Positions 29,515-39,333 of a DNA stretch of 64,000 nucleotides are shown here, one piece after another. The notes below the pieces were generated by a model, which had not been told where the DNA came from, ran no database searches, and was given only the letters and a program-made list of their open reading frames with translations. Location: positions 40,875 through 104,874 of the forward strand of contig JANNXA010000045.1 in the NCBI GenBank assembly GCA_031409275.1. Direction: 5' to 3'. Every line of letters begins with the position of its first letter. Position 1 is the stretch's first letter. The DNA comes from Planctomycetota bacterium (GTDB lineage: Bacteria > Planctomycetota > B15-G4 > SIAN01). A program made the position numbers and the translations under genes.

Positions 29515-31905
29515 ATGGTCGCCGGTCTCCTTCTGCTCGTCTCCGCGGTCTCGTTCCAGGTCTCGAGCAGTTCCAGCGATCAGCTGCTCGCCCCGACCCG
29601 CGTCGAGGCGAGCCGCGACGCCGAAGGCGAGACCTTCGAGTCGATCCGCATCGACGGCCGCAGCGGCACGACACCATGGCGGCGCGTGCGCCTCACGTTC
29701 CGCGTGGGCGACGCGGCGGAAGCCGGAGCATGGCTGCTCGCGATCGGCCACGAGGCGATCGCGGTGCGCGCGAAGCTCGGCGCCGAGGCGCTCGGCAGCG
29801 CGCCCGACTTCTACGCGGCCGACCCGCGGCTCACGACCGGGCCGCGCTTCACGGTGGCCGGCGAGCGGCTCGCGGCGGGCGACGTCACCTTCACGCTCGA
29901 CTTCGATGGCGAGCGCGGCGGACGCGGGATCGAACAGGGACCGGCGTGGCTCGCGAGCCCGCAGGTCGCGACGCGAGCGTTCGCCGCGGCGCAGGTGGGC
30001 GCGCTGACCATCGCGACGGCCAACTACGCTTCGGCCGGGATGATGTCGAAGGACGATGTCCCGCTCGAACGCGTGCTGTTCAAGTGGAGCGACGCCGACG
30101 ACGCGCCGCGGCTGGCCGCGCAGCTCGACATGGCGCTCGTCGATCGCGAGCGTGGCGGCGAAGCGCCGCTGCGCTCGCTCGCGACACGCAAGAGCAACGC
30201 GATCTTCCCGACGAGCTGGGCGAACTGCGAGGACCCCCGTTTTCGTTCGCTGCGGACGCAGCTCACGATGAGTTCGCCGCAACTCACGACCCCTTTGCGC
30301 CTGTGCGACGCGAAGGCGGTCGTCTTCGAGCTCGCCCAGAACGTCCTGCGCGAGTCGTTCCTCTACACCTGGAACCTCCGCTTCCTGCCCAATCGCGGCG
30401 GGCCCCTCGTCTTGACGCGCGGCGACGGCTACGTGCTGCTCGCCAACGAGTGCGTCGGACTGGTGGCGAGTGCCGGCGCTCCGATCGGCGTCGAGGGGGC
30501 GTACTGCGGGCTGGCGGTCGAGCTCAACTCGAACAGCTCCAACGAGATCGGCGCGCTGTCGAGTCCGACGGCGGTCACGGTCGCGTTGATCGGCTTCGAG
30601 CCGCAAGGAGCCGATCCGTCGCAGGCGGAGTCGATCACCGACCTCGCCCACAGCATCCTCTCGCTGCGTACCGAAGATCGCGCCGCGACCTCCCTGATCG
30701 CCAGCACGTTGGCCTTCGAGCCGAACGTCGGCGGCGCGCAGCGAGGCCAGGCCGCGCGCAAAGCGGCCGTCGCCACGCTCTTCGACGCGCGTCGACGCGG
30801 CGGGCGCTACGTCTTCGCGCCCGACGGCCAGTCCGGTTCGCCGGCCGCCTATTGGGGCGACACCTTCACGCTGCTTCACCACCCCAACCACGAGCGGAAC
30901 GCGGTGGAACGCCTCCTCTCCACGCAGGACGCGACGGGCGCCGTCCCTGGCGACCTCACCGCCGAGGCGAGCGAGGTGGAGCTCGCCGCCGCCGATGCCT
31001 ACGCCGTGCTGCGCGCCTGCCGCTGGTTTCGCTGGGTCTGCGACGGCGATCGCTTCGCGAAGATGGTGCCCGCGCTCGAGAAAGCGCTGGCCCATGCCGA
31101 CGGCTGCGACCTCTCGCCGGGCGCGCCGCAGGGCGGCATCACTCCGTTGCACGCCGCGCTGGCACGCGCCGCCGCACACCAGCAGCTCGCCGCAGCGCTC
31201 GATGAGATCGCCTTGCTGCCGGAGCACAGCGCCTCCCATGCCGAGCTCGCGGTCCGCCAGCTCGAACCGCTCTTCAGCAACAGCAGCGCAGGCGGTCGAC
31301 TCGAGAGCGACGGCTACCCGGAGCTCGTCGGCGGCGATGCGCGCGAGGCGGCGGTGGCATTGGCGCTCGGTCTCGCGGACGACACGACATCGCTGGCGAT
31401 CGCCAGCCAGGTCGCCTTCGGGAAGCGCGCCGTCGACGTGACCGACTGGCGCGATGCGTTGGTCGCGCGCGGCCTGCTCGAATGCGGGCGCACCAAGGCC
31501 CTCGCCCGCTCCATCGATGGGCTGGAGAATGGCTGGAAGGAGTTCGAAGTGCCAAGCGGTGCCGGCCTCGCGAGCTGGCACGGAGTCGTCGTATTCGGGC
31601 TTCTGGGAGCGCGCCGCGTGAACCTCGGCACCTTCGAGCTGCGACCGCGCGTGCTCGACGGTCAGCTCGTGAACTCGGCGATTCGGCTGCCCGAAGGGGC
31701 GCTTCGTTTCAACATCGGCTTGCCCAACGCGCAGTTCGAACGCCAGGTCGTCGTGATCAACGACGGCAAGCTCGATGTCCTGGTGCGACTCGGTGTTCCC
31801 AACGGCTCGAACATCGGCCAACGCATCAAGCGCGGCGACCTGCTGCACGCTTTCCACGACCACGTGCTGATGGCGAAGGAGACGTGGCGCGAGATCCTGC
31901 GCTGA
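29515..31905 (+). CDS. Large secreted hypothetical protein
   Basis: RBS GGAGGA; short hydrophobic N-terminus; typical codon usage; no family recognised with confidence. Confidence 0.6.
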   Translation: MVAGLLLLVSAVSFQVSSSSSDQLLAPTRVEASRDAEGETFESIRIDGRSGTTPWRRVRLTFRVGDAAEAGAWLLAIGHEAIAVRAKLGAEALGSAPDFYAADPRLTTGPRFTVAGERLAAGDVTFTLDFDGERGGRGIEQGPAWLASPQVATRAFAAAQVGALTIATANYASAGMMSKDDVPLERVLFKWSDADDAPRLAAQLDMALVDRERGGEAPLRSLATRKSNAIFPTSWANCEDPRFRSLRTQLTMSSPQLTTPLRLCDAKAVVFELAQNVLRESFLYTWNLRFLPNRGGPLVLTRGDGYVLLANECVGLVASAGAPIGVEGAYCGLAVELNSNSSNEIGALSSPTAVTVALIGFEPQGADPSQAESITDLAHSILSLRTEDRAATSLIASTLAFEPNVGGAQRGQAARKAAVATLFDARRRGGRYVFAPDGQSGSPAAYWGDTFTLLHHPNHERNAVERLLSTQDATGAVPGDLTAEASEVELAAADAYAVLRACRWFRWVCDGDRFAKMVPALEKALAHADGCDLSPGAPQGGITPLHAALARAAAHQQLAAALDEIALLPEHSASHAELAVRQLEPLFSNSSAGGRLESDGYPELVGGDAREAAVALALGLADDTTSLAIASQVAFGKRAVDVTDWRDALVARGLLECGRTKALARSIDGLENGWKEFEVPSGAGLASWHGVVVFGLLGARRVNLGTFELRPRVLDGQLVNSAIRLPEGALRFNIGLPNAQFERQVVVINDGKLDVLVRLGVPNGSNIGQRIKRGDLLHAFHDHVLMAKETWREILR

Positions 31906-32071
31906 CGCTCCCTTCGGCGCGAAGCCGCGGGCCAAGGTGCGAAGCGCGACTGCGAACCGCGATGCGCAGCGGCGTCGGCCGCGCCGATCGCGGGTGAGCC
32001 GCGCCTAACGGTGCCGGCCGTCGCCCCGGGGAGCGGCCCCGCGGCGGTGGGTGCCGTCGGCCGGCACGGCA

Positions 32072-32086
32072 TGGAACGGGCGTTGC
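32072..32086 (+). promoter_or_regulatory. Sigma-54 (-24/-12) promoter
   Basis: TGGAACG-GGCG-TTGC matches TGGCACG-N4-TTGC with exact spacing and one mismatch; ~60 nt upstream of ATG 32145. Confidence 0.65.
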
Positions 32087-32144
32087 GATTCCTCCTGGTG
32101 GCCGCGCGCCACTGCCCCGCGCGCGAGACCCGAGGAGAAATGTC

Positions 32145-32486
32145 ATGAAGACCCTGCTTGCCGCCTTTGCCGCTCTCGCCTTCGCCGCACCCACCGCCGA
32201 CGCGGCGCCCGACGTGCGCTTCCAATTCGACGCCTGCCACGGACCGGTGCTGCGAATCGGCTCGCCGCGCTTCCGCGTCGAATTCGGCGGCCGCCGCCGG
32301 CCGGTCCACCACCACTGCTGGCGCGTCGTCTGCGAGCAGGAGTGGGTCGCGCCGCTCTATCAGACCTGCTTCGCCGGTTACGACGCGTGCGGCCGGCCCA
32401 TCTACCGGCAGATGCTGGCGCGCGCGGGATACTGGCAGACCGTCCGCTACCAGGTCTGCGACTGCGGCCAGCGCGTGCGCTGCTGA
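32145..32486 (+). CDS. Small secreted Cys/His-rich hypothetical protein
   Basis: RBS GAGGAG; signal peptide MKTLLAAFAALAFAAPTADA; HHHCW...EWVAP...GYW...CDCG. Confidence 0.7.
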   Translation: MKTLLAAFAALAFAAPTADAAPDVRFQFDACHGPVLRIGSPRFRVEFGGRRRPVHHHCWRVVCEQEWVAPLYQTCFAGYDACGRPIYRQMLARAGYWQTVRYQVCDCGQRVRC

Positions 32487-32553
32487 TCGGAACGGATCGT
32501 GCCGGCCGGCGTCCCGCTTCCCAGCGGTGGCGCCGGCCGGCATGCTCCCGCCG

Positions 32554-32838
32554 ATGGCTTCGCGCACGTTCGCTCTCGCGGCCGCTGCCGCGCTGCTCCT
32601 TTCGAGCGGCGCGTTCGCCGACGCCGTGCCGACGGCGCCAACGCGCGTCGACGACAAGCCGCATCGCCACACCTGGGTGAAGCAGACGCGCAAGGAATGG
32701 GTGGCGCCGGAGAAGAAGCTGGTTCAGGTCGGCACCGACGCCGCCGGCAAACCGATCTTCGAGCTGCGCATCGTCAAGCCGGGCTTCTGGCGGACGGTCG
32801 CCTACTTCAGCTGCAGCTGCGGCGCCACGCGCGACTGA
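32554..32838 (+). CDS. Small secreted hypothetical protein, paralog of 32145..32486
   Basis: Signal peptide ...AFA|D; HRHTW...EWVAP...GFW...CSCG. Confidence 0.7.
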   Translation: MASRTFALAAAAALLLSSGAFADAVPTAPTRVDDKPHRHTWVKQTRKEWVAPEKKLVQVGTDAAGKPIFELRIVKPGFWRTVAYFSCSCGATRD

Positions 32839-32940
32839 CGACCCCGACGGCCCCGAGGGACACCCCCGGGAGCGCGAACTCGACTCAACTCGACCCGCCG
32901 CCGCGCACGATGAGGCTCGCAGAACCGCGCGGAGCCTGAC

Positions 32941-33357
32941 TTGGAATCAACGCGAGCCGAACCGTCGTCGACCGCCGCGACGCCGCACGCCACCGGGGAT
33001 GCCCTGATGGCGGTGGCCGAAGGCGATCCGCAACATCAGCCGTCCGAAGCGACGCTGAATCACATCTTCACCTGCGAGCACTGCAGCGGCAGCGTGCGCG
33101 AGATCCGGGCCGGACTCGCGACCCTCGCGACTCCAGCGCCGAGAAGCACGTCGGCGACGGTCCCCTTGAAGGTGCCCACCCAGGCCGCCGCGCCAGGTTC
33201 AGGCCTGGTCGACCCCGACCCGCTGCTGGCTTCGTTGCGGCAGAGCGAGGACGACTACGACCGCTCTCGACGTCTCATCGTGAAGGTGGTCGTCGTCGGC
33301 ATCCTGCTCGTGTTTGGAATGCTGTGGATGCGCTCGTTCGCGGCCGGACTGCACTGA
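32941..33357 (+). CDS. Hypothetical membrane protein with zf-HC2-like motif
   Basis: HIFTCEHC (HxxxCxxC) and a C-terminal TM helix; start uncertain. Confidence 0.55.
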   Translation: MESTRAEPSSTAATPHATGDALMAVAEGDPQHQPSEATLNHIFTCEHCSGSVREIRAGLATLATPAPRSTSATVPLKVPTQAAAPGSGLVDPDPLLASLRQSEDDYDRSRRLIVKVVVVGILLVFGMLWMRSFAAGLH

Positions 33358-33375
33358 CGCCGACCGCGACCGCTC

Positions 33376-33681
33376 TCAAGGGCGCGCGCGCGCCATCACC
33401 GTGATCCGTCGCGCCGCGAGGCGGTAATGACGCGGCACGGTCACGTAGCGCATGCGCAGCTCGAGGCACACCTCGCCTCCCTGCACCGCTTCGACGCGCA
33501 GCCATTCCGCGACGCCCGTCGCACCATCCCACGGCGCGAGCAGCGTCGTCGCCACCACGCCGAACGCCTCGATCCGCGTGCGCTCGAAGTCGAGGAGCAC
33601 GCGACTCCCGACCACATCGATCTCGATGCGTTCGAGCGCCTCGCCGGCGAGCAGCGTCGCGCCGGCGACCCACCGCGTCAT
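33376..33681 (-). CDS. Hypothetical protein
   Basis: MTRWVAGATLL...; fills the gap directly downstream of the thioesterase on the same strand. Confidence 0.45.
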   Translation of the reverse strand: MTRWVAGATLLAGEALERIEIDVVGSRVLLDFERTRIEAFGVVATTLLAPWDGATGVAEWLRVEAVQGGEVCLELRMRYVTVPRHYRLAARRITVMARARP

Positions 33682-33695
33682 TGCAGGCCCGTCGC

Positions 33696-34121
33696 TCACG
33701 TCGACGTGGCCGGAATCAGCGCGGCGGTGAAGCGGGCGCGGTAGCGATCCGGCAACGGCGTCGGCTTCAACGTGTCGAGCGCGACGCAGACGACGGCGAC
33801 GCGCGCGCGTGCCCGCACGTCGTCCTGCGGCCCGCGGACTTCGTAGCGGAACACCGAGGAGGACTTGCCGATCTGCTCGACGGCGACACTGACCTGCAGC
33901 ACCTCGCCGAACCGCATCGGCCGCACGAACTCGACCTTGAGATCGACCGCCGGAAAGCCGAGGTTCTCGCGTTCGAGCACGGTGGCGTACGGCACGCCGA
34001 CGAACCCCTCGAAGAACTCCTCGAACGCGACATGCAGCCAGTGGACGACGCGCGGGTAGTAGGCGATGCCAGCGCGATCGACGTCGGAGAAGCGGACCTT
34101 GATCGGCGTCTGAAAGGCCAT
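33696..34121 (-). CDS. Acyl-CoA thioesterase (4HBT/hot-dog family)
   Basis: VRFSDVDRAGIAYYP, FVRPMRFGE. Confidence 0.9.
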   Translation of the reverse strand: MAFQTPIKVRFSDVDRAGIAYYPRVVHWLHVAFEEFFEGFVGVPYATVLERENLGFPAVDLKVEFVRPMRFGEVLQVSVAVEQIGKSSSVFRYEVRGPQDDVRARARVAVVCVALDTLKPTPLPDRYRARFTAALIPATST

Positions 34122-34858
34122 CACGGCGCTCCCATCTCTTCCGCGAGGATCGCGCCGAGCTCGGCGATGTAGGTCCGCCCCGCGGCCGGATCGGCGGCCG
34201 CGGGCGCGCCGAAGTAGGCGTGCGGACCGCCCGCCGCGAGGAAGGTCTTCTGCCCGGCGGCGAGCGCCGCCCCGAGCGAGATCGGGTTGTCCGCGAGCGC
34301 GCGACGCGTCCCCTCGCGCACCAGTTCGGGCCGCGCGGCCAGGACGATCGACCCTTCGTACGAACCGGCGTGGCACGCCCCGCTGACGAACTCGGCGCCC
34401 AGCCGCTTGGCGTAGAGCCCGCGCACCACGTCGGGGCAGACCGTCCGCAGGCCCGCCGCCGTCGCCTCTTGCGCTGCGGCACGCAGCGCGCGGCGGTGAT
34501 CGGGCTCGAGGTGGCCGTTGGCGAGCCCGAGTCGCCCGCAACCCAGGCGCGCCAGCGCTCGCGCAAGGTCACCGATCAACGCCTGCAGCGTCGCCGGCGC
34601 GATCGAAAGCGTGCCGAAGAACTCCGCCGCGCATTCGGTGACGCCGTAGGCGAGCGATGGCAGCAGCGCCACCGCCTGCCCCTGCGCTTCCAGCAGCGAC
34701 GCGGCATTCATCGCCATCGCCTCGGCGATGATCACGTCGCTCCCAAGCGGCAGATGCGGCCCGTGCGCCTCGGTCGAACCTACCGGCAGCAGCGCGACGA
34801 ATCCCGGCGCCAGCGCACGCTTCGCCTCGCTCCATGGCACGTCGGCAAGTCGGATCAT
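34121..34858 (-). CDS. Creatininase family amidohydrolase
   Basis: LPVGSTEAHGPHLPLGSD, NGH, HAGSYE. Confidence 0.9.
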   Translation of the reverse strand: MIRLADVPWSEAKRALAPGFVALLPVGSTEAHGPHLPLGSDVIIAEAMAMNAASLLEAQGQAVALLPSLAYGVTECAAEFFGTLSIAPATLQALIGDLARALARLGCGRLGLANGHLEPDHRRALRAAAQEATAAGLRTVCPDVVRGLYAKRLGAEFVSGACHAGSYEGSIVLAARPELVREGTRRALADNPISLGAALAAGQKTFLAAGGPHAYFGAPAAADPAAGRTYIAELGAILAEEMGAP

Positions 34859-36441
34859 CGGGCGACTCCGCGACCACGTTGCTTCAGCTCGGCGCGCGCG
34901 ATCTTGCCGCGATCGTTGCGCGGCAGCTCGGGAAGGAACTCGATCCGACGCGGCGCCTTGTAGTGCGAGAGGCAACGCTTCGCGTGATCGATCAGCTCGG
35001 CCGCGAGCGCGGGACTCGGCGCATGACCGGCGTGCAAGGCGACGAAGGCAAGCGGCGTTACGAGGCCACGCTCGTCCTCGCAGCCGACGACGCAGCATTC
35101 GCGGACCGCGGGATGGGCCAGCAAGCCCTCCTCCACTTCGCGCGGGGCGACCCAGATGCCCGCCACCTTGAGCAGGTCGTCGGCTCGCCCCTCGTACCAG
35201 AAGCGGCCATCGCGGTCGCGGCGGAACAGATCGCCGCTGACGCACGTATCGCCCTTGAAGGTCGAGCGCGACTTCGCCGCGTCCTGGAAATAGCCCTGCG
35301 CGGCGGACGACCCGCTGACGTGCAGCGTGCCGACTTCGCCGTCCGCCACCGCGACGCCATCCGCGCCGACGATCTGCGCCGTGTATCCGGGCACGACGCG
35401 GCCAAGCGACCCGGCCACCACGTCGCCGGGGTAGTTGCTGATGTAGATGTGGAACATCTCCGCCGAGCCGATGCCGTCGAGGATGTCGACGCCGAAGCGG
35501 CGCTTGAACTCGACGGCGAGGTGCGGCGGCAACGCCTCGCCCGCTGAAAGGACGAGGCGCAGCGAGCGAAACGCCGCCGTGACGCGCGCCGCATCGAGCT
35601 CGAGAATGCCCGCCAGCGTCGTCGGCACGGCCGCGAGCAGCGTCGGCTGATGGCGCAGCGCCTGCGCGAGCACCGTCTCCGGTTTGCTCGGCTCGGGGAA
35701 CAGCGCCGTGGTGGCGCCGACCGCGAACGGGAACATGAGGTTGGTGCCGGTGGCGTAACCGAAGAAGAGCTTGCTCACCGCCATGGTGACATCGCTCTCG
35801 CGCAGCTGCAGCACCTGCTTGGCGTAGTGGTCGATGTTGAAGGCGAAGTCGGCGTGATAGTGGAGCGCCGCCTTCGGCTTGCCCGACGTGCCGGAGGTGA
35901 AGAGCCAGCCGCAGAGGTCGTCGCGATGGGAGTCAAACGGTGCGGCGGCTGGCGTTTCCGCGGCGATCGCGGCGTCCCACGGCACCGCCGCGAAGCCGCC
36001 GCGCGATTCGACGCAGGCGTCGGCCCCCGGCCCCACCACGACCACGGCTCGCAGGAAGCGAGCGCCACGCGCGGCCGCAACGAAAGCGGGCCACGCGTCG
36101 ACGTGGACCATGGCGACCGGCGCACGCGAGTAGTCGAGGTAGTAGCCGTACTCCTCGGCCGAGAGGCGCGGGTTCACCATCGCGAAGACCCCGCCCGCGC
36201 GCACGACGCCGAGCCACGTCGCGACGAACTCGGGCCCGTCCGGCAGGATCAGGAGCACGCGCTGCTCGTGCAGATGGCCGAGACGCGACAACAGCGCCTG
36301 CACGCGCGCCGCGGCATCGCCGACCTGCGCGTAGGTGAGCTCGCGCGCGTCGGTGCGCACCGCCACCTTGTGCGGCCGCGCGGCGAGGTTCGGGTCGAGC
36401 AGCCAGCTCGCCAGGTTGAACCGTTCCCGGTAATCGACCAT
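34855..36441 (-). CDS. Benzoate/aminobenzoate-CoA ligase family protein
   Basis: WLFTSGTSGKPK, KLFFGYATG, SAGEALP, DGIGSAEMFHIY, GRADD, YKAPR. Alternative start at 36450. Confidence 0.9.
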   Translation of the reverse strand: MVDYRERFNLASWLLDPNLAARPHKVAVRTDARELTYAQVGDAAARVQALLSRLGHLHEQRVLLILPDGPEFVATWLGVVRAGGVFAMVNPRLSAEEYGYYLDYSRAPVAMVHVDAWPAFVAAARGARFLRAVVVVGPGADACVESRGGFAAVPWDAAIAAETPAAAPFDSHRDDLCGWLFTSGTSGKPKAALHYHADFAFNIDHYAKQVLQLRESDVTMAVSKLFFGYATGTNLMFPFAVGATTALFPEPSKPETVLAQALRHQPTLLAAVPTTLAGILELDAARVTAAFRSLRLVLSAGEALPPHLAVEFKRRFGVDILDGIGSAEMFHIYISNYPGDVVAGSLGRVVPGYTAQIVGADGVAVADGEVGTLHVSGSSAAQGYFQDAAKSRSTFKGDTCVSGDLFRRDRDGRFWYEGRADDLLKVAGIWVAPREVEEGLLAHPAVRECCVVGCEDERGLVTPLAFVALHAGHAPSPALAAELIDHAKRCLSHYKAPRRIEFLPELPRNDRGKIARAELKQRGRGVAR

Positions 36442-36479
36442 TCCCGCCATCTCCCGCGCGTGCGCCTCGCCGGCTGCGA

Positions 36480-37739
36480 TCAGTAGCTCGCGCCGCCTTG
36501 ATGCTCCTCGTAGGCGCGCGTCTTCATGACGTCCACCACCGCGTCGACGCAAAGCTGCAGCTCCTCGTCGCGGTTGTAGAAGTGCGGCGACACGCGGATC
36601 CCGGCCCCGGGCCGGAAGTCGACCAGGATGTTGCGCGCGGCCAGCGCCTTCACGACCGCGGCGCCGAGCCGATCGTCGAGCGGACCGGCGCGCGAACCGT
36701 CGCGCAGCGGAGTCGGATCGAGCGTGATGGTGCCGCCGCGGCGCGCCGGGTCGATCGGCGAGGTGACGCCGAGCCCGCGCGCGAGTGCCGTCGATCGCAG
36801 CAGTTCGGTCTGACGCTGCGACTTGCGCCGGATGGCGGCGACGCCGACCGCGCGGATCGCCTCGTAGCCGGGCCGCGCCGCGAACAACGCCGGGATGGCG
36901 GGGCTGCCGTGCAGGTAGCGGTAGCTCGACTTGGCGTAGCGAATCGGTCCCGGCACGAAATCGAACGGCGCCTCGTGCGCCATCCAGCCGGTCACCTTCG
37001 GCTCGAAGCGATCGCGAAGGTCGGGACGGATGTAGAGCCAGCCGGCACCGGGCCCGCCGCACAACCACTTCACCGAGCCGCCGCACGCGAAGTCGACGTG
37101 AAGATCGCGCAGCGAGAAGGGCACCGTGCCCGCCGATTGGTAGCAGTCGAGCACCACCATCGCGCCGACCGAATGGGCCTTCTTGATGATGGCCGCCGCG
37201 TCCTGCAGGTAGGCGCTCTTGTAGAGGACATGCGAGATCGGGACGAGCAGCGTCTGCTCGTCGATGGCGTCGAGCAGCAGCTCGGTCGGAACCGTCATGC
37301 CATCGGGCGAGGCGACTTCGCGAATGACCGCCCCTTCGCGCTCGCGCGCCTCCCAGACGTACATCACCGTCGGGAAGTTGAGCGACGTGTAGACGATCTT
37401 GTTGCGCGGCGGCTTGTAGTCGAAGCAGCTCGCGACGATCGACTGGCACATCGAGACGTTCTGCTGCATCACGATCGAGCCATGCGGCGCGTCGAGGATG
37501 TCGCACAGCAGGTCGCCCACCGAACCGGGCATCGCCCACCAACCCTCCGCCCACGACCGGATGCCGCGCTGCGCCCACATCCGCGCGTACTCCTGCATCG
37601 AGTCGAAGACGCCGCGTGGCATCGCGCCGAGCGAGTGGCTGATGAGGTAGGTCGTGTCGGCCAGGATCGGATAGTCGGCGCGCCGCGCGAGCAGCGCCGC
37701 TTCGTCGGCCGCGGTGGAGTCGGTCGGCTGCGGGGTCAT
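36480..37739 (-). CDS. kynU: Kynureninase
   Basis: YLISHSLGAMP, NFPT, LDCYQSAG, GGSVKWLCGGPG (PLP Lys), GWMAH. Confidence 0.75.
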   Translation of the reverse strand: MTPQPTDSTAADEAALLARRADYPILADTTYLISHSLGAMPRGVFDSMQEYARMWAQRGIRSWAEGWWAMPGSVGDLLCDILDAPHGSIVMQQNVSMCQSIVASCFDYKPPRNKIVYTSLNFPTVMYVWEAREREGAVIREVASPDGMTVPTELLLDAIDEQTLLVPISHVLYKSAYLQDAAAIIKKAHSVGAMVVLDCYQSAGTVPFSLRDLHVDFACGGSVKWLCGGPGAGWLYIRPDLRDRFEPKVTGWMAHEAPFDFVPGPIRYAKSSYRYLHGSPAIPALFAARPGYEAIRAVGVAAIRRKSQRQTELLRSTALARGLGVTSPIDPARRGGTITLDPTPLRDGSRAGPLDDRLGAAVVKALAARNILVDFRPGAGIRVSPHFYNRDEELQLCVDAVVDVMKTRAYEEHQGGASY

Positions 37740-38092
37740 GAATTCGCTCCGGGTGCGATCGGTGCGCGGCCGGTCAGATCCGCATCGGGGATGCGCAGGC
37801 GCTCGACGACTCTGCCGGCGGCGAGCGCGTCGACGATCTCGTCGACGTCGGCCAGCGTGACCCCGCCGTACCAGATCTGCTCGGGATAGATCACGACCAC
37901 CACGCCGTGCGCGCATTGATCGAGGCAGCCGGCGGAGTTGGCGCGCGCCAGCCCTTTCAGGCCGCGCGCTTCGAGGCGCTCCTTCAGACGGGCGCGCACG
38001 GCGGCCGCGCCGCGCGCGGCACAGCAACCGCGCGGCGCTTCGGGCGACCGCACGTTCTCGCAAACGAAGAGGTGATGTTCGAACCGTCCCAC
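37736..38092 (-). CDS. Thioredoxin-like [2Fe-2S] ferredoxin
   Basis: HLFVCEN.R....RGCC...SAGCLDQC...VIYPE.IWY. Confidence 0.9.
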   Translation of the reverse strand: MGRFEHHLFVCENVRSPEAPRGCCAARGAAAVRARLKERLEARGLKGLARANSAGCLDQCAHGVVVVIYPEQIWYGGVTLADVDEIVDALAAGRVVERLRIPDADLTGRAPIAPGANS

Positions 38093-38142
38093 GTGCGCTC
38101 CTCACGGCGCCGGCGTGGCGCCCTGTCCTTCCGACTCGTCGC

Positions 38143-39333
38143 TCAGGTCGCGAGCTGGTCGCCGGCGAGCGCGCCCTGCAGCAGCTCGCGGGCGAGGATC
38201 AACCGCTGGATCTCGCTGGTTCCTTCGTAGATGCGCAGCGCCCGGACCTCGCGGTGGAGCCGCTCGGCGATGTGGCCTTGCACGACACCGCGCCCGCCAT
38301 GCAGCTGCACGGCGCGATCGACGATGCGCGAGGCCGCCTCGGTCGCATGCAGCTTGGCGAGCGAAGAGGCCGCGCCGGCCACCGACTTCGCGGCGCCGGA
38401 ATCGCTGCCTTGCTGATCGATCAGCCACGCCGCCCGCAGCACGGCCAGGCGCGCGAGCTCGAGCTCGACGAAGCAGTCGGCGAGATCGGCCTTGGTCAGC
38501 TGGAAGTCGGCCAGCGCTTTCCCGAACTGGCGGCGCGCCTTGACGTGGCGGCGCGCCTCGCCGAGCGCCCGCGTCGCCAGCCCGATCGCGGCGGCGCCGA
38601 CGCTGGCGCGGAAGCGGTCGAGCGTGGCCATCGCGATCTCGAGCCCTTGCCCTTCGGCGCCCAGGCGCGCGCTCGCTGGAACGCGGCACTCCTTCAGCAC
38701 GAGGCGGCCGATCGGGTGGGGTGCCAGCACGACGAACCGCTCCGCCACGGCGAAGCCGGGCGTGCCGGGCTCGATCACGAAGGCGACGTGGCGACCGTCA
38801 CCGTCGAGCTGCGCGAAGAGGCAGTAGTAGTCGGCGATGCCGGCGTTGGTGATCAACGTCTTCTCGCCCTCGAGCACGTAGTCGTCGCCGTCCCGGCGCG
38901 CGCTCATGCGCATGCTGCGCGCATCGGAGCCCGCCTCGGGCTCGGTGAGCGCGAAGGCCGGGATCAGCGCGCCGAAGGCCGCCGCCTCGAGCCAGCGCGA
39001 CTTCTGCTCGGCAGTGCCGGCCAACCGGATCGGACAGCTTCCGAGTCCCTGCAGCGCCAGCATCGTGTCGGCGAAACCGGAGATGCAGGCGACTTCGCTG
39101 CGCGCCACGCAGAGGCTGCGCGCCTCGCCCATCACGCTCTCGTGGAGGAGCCGCGTGCCGGCGAGCACCTTGACCGCCGCGCGCGCCGCCGCCGACTCAT
39201 CGATTCGGCCCGCGGCGAAATCGTCGTCGATCGCCGTGAGCGGTGCAGCAAGCTTCTCGCGCGCGAAGCGGGCGAGTTCGTGATGCCGTTCGTCGAGGAA
39301 CGGCGTCGGCAGCTCGGGCACGCGGGCGATCAC
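38143..39333 (-). CDS. Acyl-CoA dehydrogenase
   Basis: AFALTEPEAGSD, GEKTLITN, RRQFG, AVQLHGG, RIYEGTSEIQ. Confidence 0.92.
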   Translation of the reverse strand: MIARVPELPTPFLDERHHELARFAREKLAAPLTAIDDDFAAGRIDESAAARAAVKVLAGTRLLHESVMGEARSLCVARSEVACISGFADTMLALQGLGSCPIRLAGTAEQKSRWLEAAAFGALIPAFALTEPEAGSDARSMRMSARRDGDDYVLEGEKTLITNAGIADYYCLFAQLDGDGRHVAFVIEPGTPGFAVAERFVVLAPHPIGRLVLKECRVPASARLGAEGQGLEIAMATLDRFRASVGAAAIGLATRALGEARRHVKARRQFGKALADFQLTKADLADCFVELELARLAVLRAAWLIDQQGSDSGAAKSVAGAASSLAKLHATEAASRIVDRAVQLHGGRGVVQGHIAERLHREVRALRIYEGTSEIQRLILARELLQGALAGDQLAT

